DNA of 63,858 nt, filler included. It is 8 parts of 8 records of this genome, joined end to end, with 100 filler letters (N's around TTAATTAATTAA, not from the genome) between each part and the next. Parts side by side here need not be neighbours in the genome. Positions count along the whole stretch, not along the records: positions 33,595 to 42,304 come from SRR2962707_344; positions 42,405 to 51,023 come from SRR2962707_361; positions 51,124 to 57,597 come from SRR2962707_362; 5 more parts are not named here. One strand, 5' to 3'. Under the pieces are notes generated by a model that had not been told where the DNA came from, searched no databases, and saw only the letters and a list, made by a program, of their open reading frames with translations. The position numbers and the translations under genes are program-made. This document shows, one piece after another, positions 38,401 to 51,321 of the stretch. Within the stretch, counting starts at the first letter, position 1, and the number at the start of each line of letters is the position of its first letter.

Positions 38401-41400
38401 CTGCTGGTGAAAGCATACTAGGCTGCTCGCTTTCGTCGAACCATTCGACGCTCAGGATCACACGATCGCCAACTTTAATGTTGGTTGCCGTGCGCAAATC
38501 ACCTCTTTGGGCTTTTTGTTTAACGCGTTTGCCGTGCGGGGAATCGAAAGTGAACTCGCGCAACGGAGAGTCTGCCGTCGCAGTTGGAGCTGACCCTCCG
38601 CTGCTGGCAGATGCCCCGGTAAAGCTCAAAGCGCCACTGCTCGAATCCGTTTCTGATTGTGAAGCTTTGCCGACACGGCGGAACGTCAGCAAATTTTTGG
38701 TTTTCGTGACGCCAACACAGGCCATATCAGCGAGGCAATCGCTACTGCTGCGCTCGCGCTCGCGGCCGCTCATTGAAAGAATTTCGCGCTTTGAGCTTGA
38801 TGCGGGGTACATTTCAACAAACACCAGTTGAATCCAGTGCTTGTAATAGGAAAGGTCAACTCCATCGGCCCCAAGGTGAGACGTGGTTTCGTGCCACAAT
38901 TCCTCGGGCATACCACTGGACTGCTGGCTTCCACCTTCCACGGCCGCATGCATCAATGTGCACACCTCACGTTGATAGCAGCGTGAACACTCGGAAGCTG
39001 CTTGACCACGGCTGGTCGGCAAACTAAGAAGGGTAGTTGCCGGGGAGGACGAGGCTGGTCCAGGCAAAGCGGCCTTTTCGGAGCTTCGAACGTCTTCTGC
39101 CGCAGCGCGTTTTCCTTCCGGACTTGCCATGGTGGGTGTTCTGAGGCTATTCAGATAATCGGCCATTCGATTGCGATGGTAGATCAGCTCTCGCACATCA
39201 CGGTTGCAGAGTGCCACGACCTCCATGGCCACATCAACTTGGGACTTCTGCGATTGCTGACTTTCCGCAGCCTTGGTGGAAATGTACAACAGCAAGCCAC
39301 CTTCCTGCGCATTGGCCCTGTTGCTCCTTGGCAGGCCCATACCGTCAGAGTTGCTGGGATGCGGATATCGATCCGCCAGCATGAGCGAGTAGAGTTGCAA
39401 TTGGGCGTGGTGGCTCAGAGCATTATTCCCACCTTGTCGTCCAGTTTTAAGCTCAAGCGGCAGAGTCTTTCGCACAAACCCTGGTCCTGCCGACCGCTCG
39501 ATCATGTGCGGGTCCAGCCTTGTGGTATTCGGCGATGTGTCAACTTGTGGATTGGTATTCGTAACGCAGACCTGCATGGTGGCGTCGATAAACCCCTTGA
39601 GACCCCACTTCGGAGACCACACACTCTCTTCGCATGCTTTTGCCCTTAGCAGCTGGACCTGTGTGTCAAGCTGCGAGCACGCAGCGGCCTTGCGGTCCTC
39701 GAGAGGGCGGGCCGTGAGGCGCAGGGCCACACCGTTAGCTGTCAACCCAAGGTGCTCTCGCATCCATGACTTCACCAAACGTCCAGCAGACCGCAACTCT
39801 GCTTCGCAACGACTTTGTTTCAGGTCTACGGCGTAAAGGATGTCCAGATGGTTCAAGACGATCTGTCGAGCAGCAAGCGCAATGGCGGTCGAGCTTGGCT
39901 GACGGTTGTCTGCTTGCAAAAGTCGATCGAACATCTCGTGCTTGAGTGTTCCCATCACGGCCGCCACACTCGGAGCGCCACTCGGCGAAACTTCTCCAAG
40001 AACGGCCTTGCGCATGCAAGGGAAACATTGGCTCACGCGGCTTGGTGATAGCAAAAATTCCGGGTGCAATACTGCAAGACCGAAATCATCGTCCACAATA
40101 ACAACGCGGTCCTTGGAGTCTTGGGCATGGGCCGTATGGCTGCTGGTCGTGATCGCATTGTCTGCGGCCGGGTCCTGGTAAAACTCCACGACGTTCAAAT
40201 TGTCTCCAACACCCACTGGCATCTCAAACCAAATACCGCGCAAAAGAACCTGACATTTTAGTCCTGGTCGCGAATGCCCGCTGCTTGCTTTGCTGGAAGG
40301 CACCATCAGGTCGCAAGTTAAAACTCGGGTTTCTCCAGCCGCATCCGTTTTAACAGCGGAGACGCGCAGCTGGTGGTAACCGTCAAGGGCATCCTTGAAA
40401 AACAGCTGATTAACCTCCCGAATAGTACGGGGATCCGTGGGTCCTTCCACAGCCGGTCCTGCACTTCCGACGTCGTCAAACAAATCGTCATCCATTGCCA
40501 CATCACAGTCCGAAAATTCATCATCGTCGTCGTCATCCTTGCTGACACGCTTGCGCGTGGTCAGGTCGGCAGGGGATGCGCCCCTTTTAGCACTGTCACC
40601 GTCGCGTGACGTTGGAGAGAGTGATTCTGCGGCGAGTTGGTCGACATCAATATCATCAATGTCAACATCGTCGTCGCCCAAATCATCATCGTCATCACCT
40701 TTGGGACCGCTTGCGCTGTCGGACTCGCCAAGCGCCGGCGGCAACGGGACTTTTTGAGAAAGTGACTGGGAATGCAGCTGAGAAGATCCTGCTTCAGCGG
40801 TACTAGAGGAGGACCTGGAGAGTGATTGGGTTGGCGGAGCTGAAGCCGGACCAGTCCCTTGTAACGGCACAACATCTTCAGTGGTTTTGCTCAACTTTCG
40901 GGACGGAATAGTTGGGGCTGACTTTGAGCGCTCAGAGTCCACTTTCCGCTTTGACGAACCTGTGGGGAACGCAGTTGAACGCGTGGCCGATGACAGTGCC
41001 CCGGAGGTTCCATGCGTCAGTTTCGTGGCTATCGAGGCAGATCCACCTGAGGTGGAATGATTCTGTTGAGCGCGGGGCCGTTGCTGCTGCTTCTGCTGCA
41101 AGGCTTTTTGTCGTCGCGCTATCGCATCTTGACGCTTCTGACGGATTCTGTCCGCGAGCATGGTTTTTGTGTCAGAACCGCGCGGATTGCGACTCGTCAA
41201 CTCTTCCTTGGACGTCTGCATGAGACTAATTAGTGCTTGGAGCTCCTCGCCAGAGGAAGTGGTCGTATGGCACACTTTTTCGACGGTCTCGTTTGGAGTT
41301 CCTGGCATGGCGACCTGTGAATCGCCGCTCGAAGAATCTGCAGTAATTTGGCTGGCGTCAGCGCTGCGCACGGGTTGGCTACTTTGCGTTGCTGCACTAG

Positions 41401-42172
41401 TAGCTTCAGCAACTTCAGCAACTGCTTTTGTTGGATCCCAATCATCGCATGCCGCAGCATTTTTTAGTCTCTCGTCTGTGCCACCACGTGGCGACGATGC
41501 AAACTTCTGCAACGCCTGCCGCAGTAATTCTTCTTCAACCTCTGCGTCTGCTGAAGTGATTCCCCGTTGTGAGTGTGGCCGAGCGCGTCCACGTCTCTGG
41601 GCAGACACTCCATTGGCTGAGTGGTCACTATTGGTGTTGGACACTCCCCCTGCCGCCTTACGCGACGTGTCGCCGGCAAAGCCAGTCCAATCAACACCGC
41701 ACCGCGACTCAAGAGTCGGATCTGGCGTTTCAGGAGATACCTGGGATGGTATTCGCACCCTGCTTCCTGAGGTTGCCATCCCACCTGCGGTCGCGGCAGA
41801 GTTTGCCGGCCGGCCTAAATTATTCGGTCCCGCCCGTGCCTGGGCAAGGCGGGAGCGTGACCGTCCGCCATCTCTCGTCGGGGTAACCAGGGGTGAGCGT
41901 CGGTGTGCACGCGGTCCATTCACTGGTGCAACGGAGGATGACGGCGACTGCACGCCTCTATTGCTCCGGCTGAGTGACAACGAGCTTCTGCGACGCGCAT
42001 TCAACGCGGCCGGAAAGGTGGACGCAGCGTTCGGCAGTTGCTGCAGCAGTGCCGCGGGGAGAGCAGGTTCTGGAGGCCGCGGCCGGCTTCCTGTCGGTAG
42101 GGGACGTCCTGCAGAGCTTGATCCCCGGCCCCCAGCCGAAGGGTGCGGGGAGCGTCGCCACGTTCGCCCCAT
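35469..42172 (-). CDS. DNA2: DNA2 nuclease/helicase with long low-complexity N-terminus, multi-exon
   Basis: CMRKAVL and CSRCYQREVC (Fe-S ligands), GTLKHEMF, WSPKWGLKGFIDAT, PLELKTG, EGMPGTGKT, IVDEAGQI, VGDHKQLPP, YRMNEDIM, TVDSYQGRDK, RRLNVAVTRAK. Confidence 0.93.
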
Positions 42173-42304
42173 GAGGAGGCGAATAAACAAGTGGGCTCCG
42201 TGAGCTTGCCACTCCCCCCACTAATTCCTGTTCAAGTGCCTGCCATAGTCGCTTGCTTGTGGCCAAGCTTCCAACGCAAAAGCAGCAGCAGCAGCAGCAG
42301 CAGC

Positions 42305-42404
42305 NNNNNNNNNNNNNNNNNNNNNNNNNNNNNNNNNNNNNNNNNNNNTTAATTAATTAANNNNNNNNNNNNNNNNNNNNNNNNNNNNNNNNNNNNNNNN
42401 NNNN
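42305..42404. other. Artificial contig-joining spacer
   Basis: N44-TTAATTAATTAA-N44, flanked by (GCA)n and (GTG/GTT)n repeats. Confidence 0.97.
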
Positions 42405-42687
42405 GTGGTGGTGGTGGTGTTGTTGTTGGTGGTGTGTTGTTGTTATTGTTGCTGCTGCTGTTGTTTGTGTTGTTGTTGCTGTTTTTTTTTCGTTTAACTC
42501 TTGTTTCGACCGGCGAAGTTCAAGGCGGAGCACATTTTTCGCTCCTCCTCTGGGGCATGCATGGCCGTGGTTTATCACCCGCCTTCGTGTGGACTTCCAA
42601 TGGAAGACAGGATGCTTCATCATTGTGCGTTTCGACGAAGCGTGGATGTGACGAAAGAAAGCTGCTGTGTGGGCGTGGGCGCGGTCC

Positions 42688-45600
42688 ATGCATCGTAGGA
42701 CTGACGCCACACAGTCAGCGAAGCCGTTTGATATTGCCATGAGCACGCGGCATGCTGGAGAATCCAACAACCCAAGTCCTTATGAGGGGGCGGGCGCCCG
42801 AGATCACGAGACGACGAACTCCGAATCCTTGTCTGCATCCCAGGACGCAGCAGCAGTGGCAGCGGCTTTTGCTGCAGAAACAGCTGGCATGCTGGGCACG
42901 GAACAATCGCAGCCACCCTCGTCTCCCTCGCGACGGAGGTCGTCTTCGATGGATCACGTTGTGGACTCGGTCAAGAAGGGAGCTCCTCCAGCTTTGTCGG
43001 CAGTTATGCTGGCCATGATGGGCATGTCGCGCGCGCGAAAGCAATCCGGTCGTCCAAGGGCTAGTTCCGCCATCCAACCCCCGTCACCATCTGCGCGGTT
43101 GTCGGCCCAGGGTCGGTCAAGGGCTGGGAGCATGGGCGGGACGCAACATGCGACAGCTGATCGTGCGAGTCGCCCCCATGGACGCTCACGGTCTTCGTCC
43201 CTTAAACCGGTTTTGGAGCTTCCATTGCCAAGGTCAGTAGCCGGGTCCAGCCAAATGGAATCTAACGCGACGGCCAATGCTTTTGACATTGCAATCACTG
43301 GTACTGTGGAGCAGCAGAGGGGTAGTTCACCACCAAGCTGGCCTTCCATTGCTCGGTTGCTGACTGCGAACGCGCGACCAAAGGGTACCGAAACTAGTTG
43401 GCCGTCACTTGCTGCCGTACTCAGCACCGGAGATGGCCATCGCAATAAAAACGTTGATGGCGGTAGGTCTCCCGGGGTCGGCACCATTGAACTCGGAATA
43501 CATGATGATGATGCGGAGTGGATCCCGGTGAATGACAGTGATGGTGATTCAGGGAGTGTGACGCCCCCGCTGCACGCGAATTACGACCGGCTTCGACGGC
43601 GGACCTCCGCCCCGGCTCATGTGAGTTTAACCGCACACCTTTCCCGGGAACATGCTCGTCTTCACAACAGTAGTGAAGGCGAAGTTGGGCACAACAGGTC
43701 ACTTGCTGAGAATGAGGCTGGCGGTTTGACTGTCGAGCGGTCGAACTCCCAGCCATCTTTAGCGACCTCCCTTGCCAGGCAGCCTGCGCCCGTGCTTCAC
43801 CAACGATCTCAGTCAATGTTCCGCTCGCAACATGCCACGACTCCTGTGAAGGGGGTCAAAGGAAGCACGGCATCTGGTTCGCAGCTTCCAAATTCTTCGA
43901 GCTCTGCCAATCCCTCTTCTCCAACTGTCTTTCGGTCTCAGTCTGAAGAGGCCACATCCCCAGCATGGTCGCGCCGCGGTAGCTCCAAGAGTTCGCACAA
44001 GCAACGAAAGAGTTTCCGAAAGTCCATGCAGGAAGTAGGCGATTTTCTTCGAATGGGACACGGCCGCCTGAAATCGTCGAGTGCGAATTTTGATTCCGCT
44101 GATGATGACGATGATGGTGCGGGACCTGGGAATGCAGAAGCCGCAGAGGACGTTTGGCGCTCGAAAATGGGCTGGGGCCCCCGATTGGATATGGATGCCG
44201 TCGAGTACGAGAGCAAGCTTCTCAACTTAGACCGAGCATCAAGTCAGCTGTCTGCTGCAAGCGGTGAGGACGAGGAGGAGGAAGCTGACGAAAAAGATCC
44301 GTTGGCTGTTCCTTTGGACGCGCGGCAGCGCATTCTTGCGGGTTTCAGCCATTCTGGAATCCAGGTAGCCGAGTTTATAGTTTGTCTTTTCCTATTATGG
44401 GGAACAGGTATTTATATGCTGGCGGGGCAGCCAGGAAGGTCTGGCGTTGTGTACATGGGCTTCTGCATTGTCGCCATGTGTGTTCTGCTGGTACAAAGTA
44501 TTTTGACCTGCTACGCGAAGCCCAAGTATACTTTCAAAACATCTTCGCTGTTGAACCTCATCACCATTGTTGCCTTGGCATGGGAAGTGGCATGGCTTCA
44601 AATTGACAACAGTTTGTCGGAGGCTGCCATCGAGGGCCTTGTTTCATTCCAAGGGTCTTGTGGGCTTTTACTTGATGGAAGTTCGGCGTTTAAAGCGGGG
44701 CATGCATCTGGTTCTGTTGCACCGAATACTTTACCTTGGGCTTGGTTCGGGAGTTTAATCACGGACTGCAGTGCAGTAAACGCCTCAGCATCAGCATGGA
44801 AAATCGGAGATTCTATCGATGGTGCATGGAATCATGAGAGTATACTCACCTTCAGTAGCCGCCCTCTGCGATTCCTGACTGCAATCCAATTGCTCAAACT
44901 GGCGTTCTTGAACACTTTCAACCACTGGTTCGAGGCATGCGCGCGCCACCGTCGCAGTAGTCGTGCGCGTCCTCTGGTCCCGCAGTCGAAGTTAGCTGGC
45001 AGTGGTAGATCCAGGGGCACAAGCATCGATGGAGACACGCATTCCGTCGGAAGACGGGGTGTGGGGGGACTGAGTTCTCCACGATCGAGCAATGGAAGCT
45101 TTGTTGCGCAACACCGAGTTTCGCATTTAGGGGATGACGTCAACAGGTCAGCAGGAGGTGTGTCGCGCGGAATTTCACCCGCGACGTCGCCACACCCACA
45201 TCGGCGCAAGGGTTCTGAAAGACCAGCAATTTCTTCGACAGAGTCAAACAGTTCTCTTCCCAAGACTGGGCGGCCGCGCAGATCGTTCGTGCTGCGCATG
45301 GATTCTCGTGGAAGCGATATGTCTTTCGGTGGTGAATCAGTAACTACATCTGTTGGGCTGGGACATGCTGCTGCAACTGTTGGTCGTGCGAAGCTGTACG
45401 TACGCTTTGCTCTTGTTGCTTGCGTGCGTGCTTGGTTTCATGGCACCCTCATCAACTGAGAACTGAGACTGTCGTGTGTCATTTTGGTGTCCAGGTACCG
45501 GCGATCTGACACCATTGGCAACAAGTTAACCCAAGTATTCATGTCCAAGGCTGCGTTGGGCTACATGTGCATTATCGTCATGACTTCGTACTTGTACCGG

Positions 45601-48600
45601 CCGGAGTGCGTCCCTGATGCATCAATCATCACGGACTTGAGTGTGATTCAATCTCTGGCTGATGACGTTGTAGACTTTGAGGGAAAGTGGGATACCTTTG
45701 ACGCCACATTGTCTGCAGTTGATTCACAAACGGCTTGGTGCAATTCTACGAGTTCATGCTGTGTCGACAATAAGTTGTGCACTGGGGCATTAGCGCAGCT
45801 TGCCTTTGGAAAGCAATCAACCCTGGCGCTTTTGATATTTCCTGGAGGGGGGGTTGCATACAACCGTACTCGTGATGCTGAAAGTTTGGGTTTCGAAGTA
45901 TCGCCTTTCGCTACTGACTCGTGTCGGCTTGAAAGGTTGAACTGTGGTGGGGAGTGCAACAGTGGGGCATCAGGGTTGATTGAGGCAACCTTCATTCACA
46001 GTGTAGCCTGTCCCGATCTGCGGACCTTTGAGTACTGGACCGTGGCTGTGCCCAGCATTGCTGTACCGGGAGAGTTTTACGTCGCAATTGTGGACAAAAG
46101 CGACATAATTGACGTTGACCACGCGTACAACATGTACCTCGATATTTTTGTCCTGCTTGTCTTCATTTCTGGCACACTGCTGATGAACTGCTCGATGCAA
46201 AGTTTTGCGTACAAACTGTCAAGTCCTTTAAAGCGGCTCGCTGTAGAGATGAGACGAGTCTCCAACTTAGATTTTTCATCCTCAAGTCGCTCTCGCACTA
46301 CAGCGATGGTGCCGAGCAAGTTCGTCGTTGGTGTATGGTTTCTTGTTGACACAAATGTGCACCTGTGTCTGCCCTACTTGGCAATGACGAACACCACTTT
46401 TTGCTGGGATTTTGTGCAGGTACTTTGAAATATTTGCCATCCAGCTCCAGTTCCTTCGCATGCAAGGTGCATTAAAAAGTTTTGCAAAGTTCATGCCTGA
46501 GTCAGTGGTCCAGCTGCATTTTCAGAGGATGAACAATGGAGCTGGGACCAACCCGGCAGGGAGCCAACTGTCTCTCTCGGCTACGTCCGCCCAGGTGGAT
46601 TTGAAAGCCGTCACTATTCTTTTTTCAGACATCAAGTCGTTCACGTCGCTGTGCGAGTCTATTCAGCCGGAGGACATGTGCTTGCTTCTGAATGAGTGAG
46701 TACTGGTACTGTTCAAAAAGCTGCACAAACCCATTGCCTATGTATATGGTGAATATTTCTGCAAGAACGGTGACGGCAAGTGACATTACCTCCGAACTTG
46801 GCTCGTTTGTGTGGTCCACAACTTTTTGAAAGGTATTTTGAAGCAATGTGTGCGATTGTGTCGCACCGTGGCGGTACAGTTATCGAGTTCATCGGAGATG
46901 CGATGTTGGTTGTGTGGAACATTCCACTGCCAGTGGCAAATCACGCCGAACGATGCGTGCTTTTTGCAATGGAGGCCCAGCAAGAACTCCGCGATCTCCG
47001 CCAAATTTGGCTCGACAGAGGGCTCCCTCGTGTTGAAGTGCGCATGGGCGTTCATACTGGGCTCGTCTATGCGGGTATTTTGGGTTCTGCTGCCCGTTTT
47101 AAGTGCGTGCTTACAAACCTACGCTGTTTCCGCGACACTGAAGTCTATGAGCTATCGCGTGTGCTTATTGTATCGTTCAATTGTGTCGGCCGTTGCGTTG
47201 CTCACACGCTCGGAAAAATCTCATTCGCACTGTTGACGGCTTATCTGCGGTTTCACAAGGTATGGGCTGCTGGGCGAATCATTAAATGTGGCCTCGTATT
47301 TGGAAGAAGCGAATAAACGATACGGTGCGTAGGCAACATTGATTGACTGCATTGCATCAAGTTGGTTTCACCAAGCGACCACCTCAACTGATCTGTTTTG
47401 ACTCGTTTTACGTATCTTGGTTTGATTTGGTATGGTGTGCTTGCGTCCACAAGGAACAAATGTGCTCGTGTCCGCAGGAACAGTGGCTCATATCAAGATG
47501 TTTCAAGATCATGCTGCAGCTGTGAAAGCCGCGATGAATGCCACAAGCGACTACTTTCGGTCGAGTAGCCCAAATGGGGTCGAGCGTGACTGTGATGAGC
47601 CGCGCCAACCTTCAGTTAACTCTCGCAGAATTGGTCGCCGCTTGGTAAGCCCTTCGGATGTCGATTTTGAAACACCTGGCAAGCGCGATACCGTTGGCAG
47701 CAGTAGTGCGAGCAATGAAGCACGCGACCATACCCTGCGGAGCTCCCCTTCTCACTCGATGCTCAGTTGGTTGAACAGCGACGGCGACTTGGAAGCAGGA
47801 CGTAGCGTTGCCGCTTCGAACCGCAACAACGATTCGTTGGGATCCATTACGGACAGTGAAACAACTGTGACTGCCAGTTTTCGAGATGATGACACCGAGT
47901 CGTTTGTCTCTGTCGCCCCAACTCTTGTCACAGCAGTCACACAGAACGGAGGGCATGAGAAGCACAAGGAAATTTCCGTCAAAAATCCTCGGCCTAGCTT
48001 TGCAACTGTGTCAACGAGCTCTGGTTTGTTTAGCTGACCGTATCCTCTGATCGCGATGCTTGCGCATTCCAATACTGCCCGTGGATCGTTGACGGAACTC
48101 ATTGAGGAGTGCTGCTTATGTTACTGTATATATTTATGGTGTTTTCTTTTGCTTCTGAAGCTGATTTTGAGGGAGGCAGTAATTCCGATGGCAAATGCGT
48201 TCCAGTGGAAAGCGACCGGGCAATGCACTCGAGCGATGTTGAAAAACGAAGTTCTACATTGCTCGCAGCAGGGTGCGTCTGTCGTTTAGCCTGCAGCGTG
48301 CTCCGCATGCGTGACGCTCTCGCGCACAGCTAACTTCTCGCATGCTGCTTGCTTGAAAGGACGACTCCGACGAAACAAAAAAAATCATCTTATGACAAGC
48401 CAGCATCGAGATCGAGGCGCTATCCCCAGTGCATATCGACGGAAATTGCCGTTTTCCGATGCGTTGATTTCGTCATTCCGTTGATATCTGGTGCCTCGGT
48501 GGAGCCAATTTTTGAAGCCATGCCGCACAATCGGGTATGGATGGCATGTTTGATCTCCTTTTCGTCATCTGATTCTTCGTGTTTGTTTCGGTGGTCTTGA

Positions 48601-48967
48601 AACTCCATCTTGATTTTTGCTGCGGTTGCGCAACCACATTCCCCTCTCATATTGTCGTAATTATGGTTGACAGGTCAACATTCTTGCCGCTGCAATCCAC
48701 CAGGAAGCAATATGTCGCTACCTTGATCGCAGGTTTGGGAAGGCAATCGCACTGTTGGACCAAGAGGCTGAAATTTTACCTCAAGATGAAGTTGTGAAGT
48801 TGCTTCGGGCAAGGTGTGAGCAGTTCGTGTTGATACCACCACCAGAAGTGTGGAACGGCGAGGCTCCCACCCAACAGCGTCTGCCTCACACGCCAGCAAC
48901 GAGCCCACAGCAGTCACAAGTCGAGAATCGGAAGAGTCCCTCGCCCCTCAACAACAATGGAAAATAA
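42688..48967 (+). CDS. Membrane class III nucleotidyl cyclase (multi-TM, Cys-rich loop, HAMP-like linker, cyclase domain, C-terminal PPP..WNG tail), multi-exon
   Basis: VTILFSDIKSFTSLCE, GGTVIEFIGDAMLVVWN, VRMGVHTG, spliced RFKYGLLGESLNVASYLEEANKRYG; SPLKRLAVEMRRVSNLDF; several hydrophobic segments at 44360-44910, 45550-45600 and 46130-46190. Confidence 0.8.
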
Positions 48968-49129
48968 TATCATACAGTTTTATGTTTTTGTGATTTTTGC
49001 AAGATGGTGATACCCTCATCCTTTTCTGGGACATTGATCTGAAGGATGTTATGAGCGATGGTGCTCGTGGCACGTTTTCCTTTGTAATTGCGCTCAAAGT
49101 TTGCCTGGTGATTAAAGTTACGGCACACG

Positions 49130-50634
49130 CTATGTTTTGGCAGTCCATGCAACTAGCCACTTGAGATTTGTGAGAGTGTACTTACACGCTTCCGTCCACG
49201 CGACCAAGTCACCCAAGTTACGAATGCTAAGCCCGCCAATTTTGTCGCCGCGGATCTCGTAGGGAACGCGAGCGCTCGGATCAGATCGCTGGATGTATAG
49301 ATACAGGTCATTCAGGCAGCTCAAAAATCCTTGCATGGCGTCACAGTAATTTCTTCTGGAGAATATTGTCCACCTTCAAAACAAGCAGGAACCGCCAACC
49401 AAATATTGTTGGGCAAAGCAATGAAAGCAGGTGCCGACGCTGCAAGTACCGTCCCTAACACCACGCACCCGCCGCTAAAAAGCTCTTTTGGTTTGTTCTT
49501 TGATCTCCAAACAAGAGTAGAGTTGCTTCCCATGGGGCGTATGTCATACTCTTTGAATTCGAAGCGCGGTTGGCCCTTCACCTCCTTCGATGCATGGTAC
49601 GCACCCGTCAGGTGGAGTAACAGCGCGGCGCAGCCCCAGGCTGCGTTGATCTCTGGGTAGTCTACCTGATGCTGCGGACCCGCCGAAGTAGGTAAGCGAC
49701 CGAGCCGATTTCCATTGATCGTGGCAAATGGACCCTCGTGCCAAATGAAGAAGCAGTCATTGAAAATGTTCGTGCGCTTGAGATGGTACGCCTTCACCTC
49801 CGCGACACGAATTTTGGTGCACAATGACTGCTGAATCTGAGAAAGTCGGTAGCGCGAAGTTTCACGCACACGCAGCTGTTGCACAGTTCGCTCAAATACA
49901 CCCTGAAGTTTTGCCATTTTCCTCTCCACGGCAGCTGATGAAGTTTGAACTTGTTGCCGAAGTGTCTTCGTGGCTTGGATGTCACGTTTTCGCTGAGCGA
50001 TTTGCTGCTTGAGCTGTGCAAGCTCCTGCTCTGGGGTGACGGAGCTTTCGGGCTTATACAAAAGCTGCAATTGCTCAGCAGCATCCACGATTTTTAGGTA
50101 GTTGCTGTAACGCTGGTTTGCATGCTCCAGCTGGCGGTACTCTGCTTTCAGGCACTCTATCGCTTGATGGGTTGATTTGGCGCACAGGGGCTGCTGCACA
50201 CCACAGTGCAGCAACGAAAATTTTGCAAATTCTTTCAAATTTTGAAATGCTGAGTTTGCCTTGTCGATGCGGTAGTCAAAAGAAACGATGGGGTTGTCTG
50301 GTGTCTCTCGAACAGCTCCAGGTCCATCATTGACGTCTTCTGCAGCTTCGCTGCCGTCGCTGTCGAGGCGTCCAGAGGCGTCACCTGCACCACCTGCTGG
50401 TTCACTCACGTCCTCAGCCTGAACGCCGGTGCCACCTGAGTCGAGTTGTTGTTGTTGCCACTTTGGGAGCGTGTGCTTTAGGTTATCTAGCGCCACGTCA
50501 CACAGGTTTTGCAGTCCTTCCGTGCACTCGCTGCCCTCCCAGCCATCAAGCTTCAAGGGCAAGCCCGTGTCTTGGCAAACCACCTTCCAAAGCTCGTGGT
50601 CGAGCTGCGTCCGCTGCGACTGGCCCCGCTCCAT
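49130..50634 (-). CDS. ATG6: Beclin-1/ATG6 (Vps30)
   Basis: QPLCAKS, coiled coil, TNIFNDCFFIWHEGPFATINGNRLGRLP, EINAAWG, PMGSNS, WTEACKYTLTNLKWLVAW. Confidence 0.92.
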
Positions 50635-51023
50635 ACCCACAAGAACCCTCAGCCGGTTGGTTGACCTACTACGCCTGCACCTACCGACGGGCCGCTGTAG
50701 TATCAATCAGGCCTCTGTGTATACCACAACCACCACCTTCGGTAGCTCGCCTCACCACCTGCCAGATGGGTTGTTCACACGCAGTCACAGACAAAGCTGC
50801 CCAGTAACATTCCGTCACTATCAAGGAGTGAAGGAACAAAAAAAAGAAAGAACGAAAGAAAGAAGGAAGGAAAGAAAGAAAGAACGAAAAGTCGCCTTGG
50901 GGGTGTTTACGGCGGTTCCTTGCGGCTCTCTGCCCTTTCCACGAGCAACTTCGAGCCCCACCCCGCAAAACCAAAAGACAAAAAGACAAAAACGCAACAG
51001 CAACAACAACAACAACAACAACA

Positions 51024-51123
51024 NNNNNNNNNNNNNNNNNNNNNNNNNNNNNNNNNNNNNNNNNNNNTTAATTAATTAANNNNNNNNNNNNNNNNNNNNN
51101 NNNNNNNNNNNNNNNNNNNNNNN
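51024..51123. other. Artificial contig-joining spacer
   Basis: N44-TTAATTAATTAA-N44, flanked by (AAC)n and (GTT)n. Confidence 0.97.
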
Positions 51124-51321
51124 TGTTGTTGTTGTTGTTGTTGCTGTTGTTGAAGAAGTGTGAAACCCTCAATTGTGCCGAAAACCAAAGAGGCTTTACT
51201 TCCAGATCCACCAAGGCTTTGCGTTGCTTCGCTTTATCGCTCAGCTCTGGTTGTATTGGTGCGTCGTGGTCGATCGGTGACTGCGTTGTCGGTTGCGCTG
51301 CGCTGGGTGCTGGGCGCCAAC

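Noticed and set aside
38900-40060. Cas4-like Fe-S nuclease suggesting a CRISPR or casposon element
   Set aside because: It is the normal nuclease domain of DNA2, fused to its SF1 helicase; no array or cas genes are present
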